IMG/VR virus record: IMGVR_UViG_2925903241_000001
Span: 1-19,439 of that record
Strand: one strand, 5' to 3'
Length of the DNA stretch: 19,439 nt
From: a virus
Taxonomy: Duplodnaviria > Heunggongvirae > Uroviricota > Caudoviricetes
Shown here: piece by piece, positions 17,806-19,439 of the stretch
Position numbering within the stretch: the first letter of the stretch is position 1
Layout: each line of letters starts with the position of its first letter
Notes under the pieces: generated by a model
What the model was told of the DNA's origin: nothing
Databases searched by the model: none
Seen by the model: only the letters and a program-made list of their open reading frames with translations
Position numbers and translations under genes: made by a program

Positions 17806-18653
17806 AAGTACTCAACGAGCTAAGGCAGTTTTATCCTCTTGATGAGCTTCTCAGGGCTGCGGAGATACCGCGCAGTACGTTTTATTATCATCTAAAGGCT
17901 CTCAGCAAGCCTGACAAGTATGCGGACGTTAAAAAGCGTATTAGTGAGATTTATCACGAGAATAGAGGCCGATACGGATACCGTAGGGTAACGCTGTCTC
18001 TTCATCGAGAAGGGAAACAGATTAACCATAAAGCTGTTCAGCGCCTGATGGGAACCCTCTCACTTAAAGCAGCGATTAAGGTCAAGCGATACCGCTCTTA
18101 CAGAGGAGAGGTAGGGCAAACCGCCCCTAATGTTCTCCAAAGAGATTTCAAGGCTACGCGGCCAAACGAGAAGTGGGTTACCGATGTTACTGAATTTGCA
18201 GTCAATGGGCGCAAGCTGTATTTGTCTCCAGTAATAGATCTCTTCAACAACGAAGTTATTTCTTACAGCCTTTCGGAAAGACCAGTGATGAACATGGTTG
18301 AGAATATGCTCGATCAGGCATTCAAAAAGCTTAATCCTCACGAGCATCCTGTTCTGCACTCTGACCAGGGATGGCAGTATCGTATGAGAAGATATCAAAA
18401 TATCCTTAAAGAACATGGTATTAAACAAAGCATGTCCAGAAAAGGCAATTGTCTGGATAATGCTGTGGTGGAGTGTTTCTTTGGAACCTTAAAGTCGGAG
18501 TGTTTTTATCTTGATGAGTTCAGTAATATAAGCGAACTGAAGGATGCTGTTACGGAATATATTGAATACTACAACAGCAGAAGAATTAGCCTGAAATTAA
18601 AAGGTCTGACTCCAATTGAATATCGGAATCAGACCTATATGCCTCGTGTTTAA
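17802..18653 (+). CDS. insK: IS150 transposase OrfB (InsK), DDE catalytic domain; expressed mainly as an InsJK fusion by -1 frameshift
   Basis: 283-aa ORF in the -1 frame relative to insJ, with an IS3-family integrase-core DDE region (...WVTDVTEF...HSDQGWQY...). Confidence 0.92.
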
Positions 18654-18797
18654 CTGTCCAACTTTTTGGGGTCAGTACATCGAGGGGCTTTCTGTTTTGG
18701 GGAATATTCTTCATTAAAAGTAGTGGATCACGTTTAATAAACTATGTTTATCATATACTTAAAAGTCAATCTTTAAAGTTGGACAGGTTGGTGGAAA

Positions 18798-19439
18798 ATG
18801 GAAAAAGTTATAATTGAGCTTGATAATCGTTGGGAGTTAGCTGATTTCGCGGTCTTAACGAAAGAGTATTTGCAGCTATATGGTTTTTTTTATGGCCTAA
18901 AAGGAGGATCAAGAGGATATTCAACAATGCCTTGGGAGGGTGGGCACAGTGTGGTGAACTTTTTTAGAGGGGCTTACAGTGCGACTCCACCAGATTTACG
19001 TCCTGTAGTGAAAAAAATTCAGTATGCCTCTCCTGGCTTTATTGAATTGTCTGCTCTTATTGATATCTCTTGGCAGATTGCTGAGTTAGTTACTGCTGTT
19101 GGTGGAAGTATTCTGGCTGCCAACAAAGTTTACGATCAGGTGATGCGTACATATCGACAAAGAGAATGGGCAAAGTTGAAATCAGAGAAGCTGCGTATAC
19201 AGAATCAAATTAAAGAGATTGAACTTGTTTCTGACGCAGTTAAATCACTTGAATCTGTGATGGCACTTAGTGAAGAACAACGTAAAAACTTGGTTCAACT
19301 ATCGGGGGCAGATGAACTGGTTCAGTTAAAGATACTTTTGGCTGTTTACCGACGGTTATCTCCTCTTGTTGAGTTGCAAAACAGCGGGAAAGCTAATTTT
19401 TCTGCTGGGAAAAATAAAAATTTAAAAGCGTCCGATTAA
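18798..19439 (+). CDS. Hypothetical protein (unassigned), complete, in AT-rich DNA
   Basis: 213-aa ORF with ATG at 18798, GGTGG Shine-Dalgarno-like sequence upstream and TAA at 19437-19439. Base composition is clearly AT-richer than the phage block. C-terminal half is predicted helical/coiled-coil (KLKSEKLRIQNQIKEIELVSDAVKSLESVMALSEEQRKNL). No family recognised by eye. Confidence 0.55.
   Translation: MEKVIIELDNRWELADFAVLTKEYLQLYGFFYGLKGGSRGYSTMPWEGGHSVVNFFRGAYSATPPDLRPVVKKIQYASPGFIELSALIDISWQIAELVTAVGGSILAANKVYDQVMRTYRQREWAKLKSEKLRIQNQIKEIELVSDAVKSLESVMALSEEQRKNLVQLSGADELVQLKILLAVYRRLSPLVELQNSGKANFSAGKNKNLKASD

Larger units (their letters stand above)
17237..18679 (+). mobile_element. IS150 (IS3 family), complete 1443-bp copy with 3-bp target duplication TCG
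   Basis: Begins TGTACTGCACCCATTTTGTTGGAC and ends ...GGGGTCAGTACA (imperfect terminal inverted repeats). Length is exactly 1443 bp. Flanked by TCG at 17234-17236 and 18680-18682. Encodes InsJ (173 aa) and InsK (283 aa), recognised from recall of E. coli IS150. Confidence 0.92.

Noticed and set aside
18680-18797. Search for a P2 attachment core (attR) after the ogr terminator
   Set aside because: I could not recognise the P2 core sequence here. The int differs from P2 Int, so a different core is expected; the att site cannot be called without the other prophage end, which lies left of position 1.
1-19439. CRISPR arrays, tRNA or rRNA genes
   Set aside because: I found no regularly spaced direct repeats, tRNA-like cloverleaf candidates or rRNA-like sequence on reading through; every long segment is accounted for by protein-coding genes or IS elements.

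Overview
This window is a decayed P2-like (Peduovirus-type) prophage in an enterobacterial, E. coli-like background, broken up by three insertion sequences from three different families. All identifications rest on my recall of protein families and on motifs read directly from the sequence; no database search was run. I did not find a convincing novel defence or other undescribed system. Left to right: (1) the early/immunity arm, with integrase and a C-like repressor on the minus strand, a palindrome-containing switch region, then cox, a gpB-like gene, four small ORFs and the replication gene A on the plus strand; (2) gene A is cut at about codon 431 by an IS21-family element (istA/istB, about 4791-7371) with no target-site duplication, consistent with an IS-associated deletion of the whole middle of the prophage (rest of A, the tin/old position, cos, capsid, lysis, baseplate and tail-fibre genes); (3) an orphan gix/hix-like crossover site and a Pin/Gin/Hin-type invertase gene, itself split after codon 11 by an IS66-family element (7526-9980) with a perfect 8-bp duplication CAACAAAT; (4) an apparently intact P2 late tail block FI-FII-E(E+E')-T-U-D plus ogr, with sizes matching P2 as I remember them; (5) an exact 1443-bp IS150 inserted in the loop of the ogr terminator hairpin with a 3-bp duplication TCG; (6) an AT-rich segment encoding a complete 213-aa protein I cannot assign. 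The two usual P2 cargo positions are deleted (tin/old) or empty (Z/fun, between invertase and FI), so the only candidate unknown cargo is the AT-rich ORF at the right edge, plus an AT-rich small ORF in the early operon.
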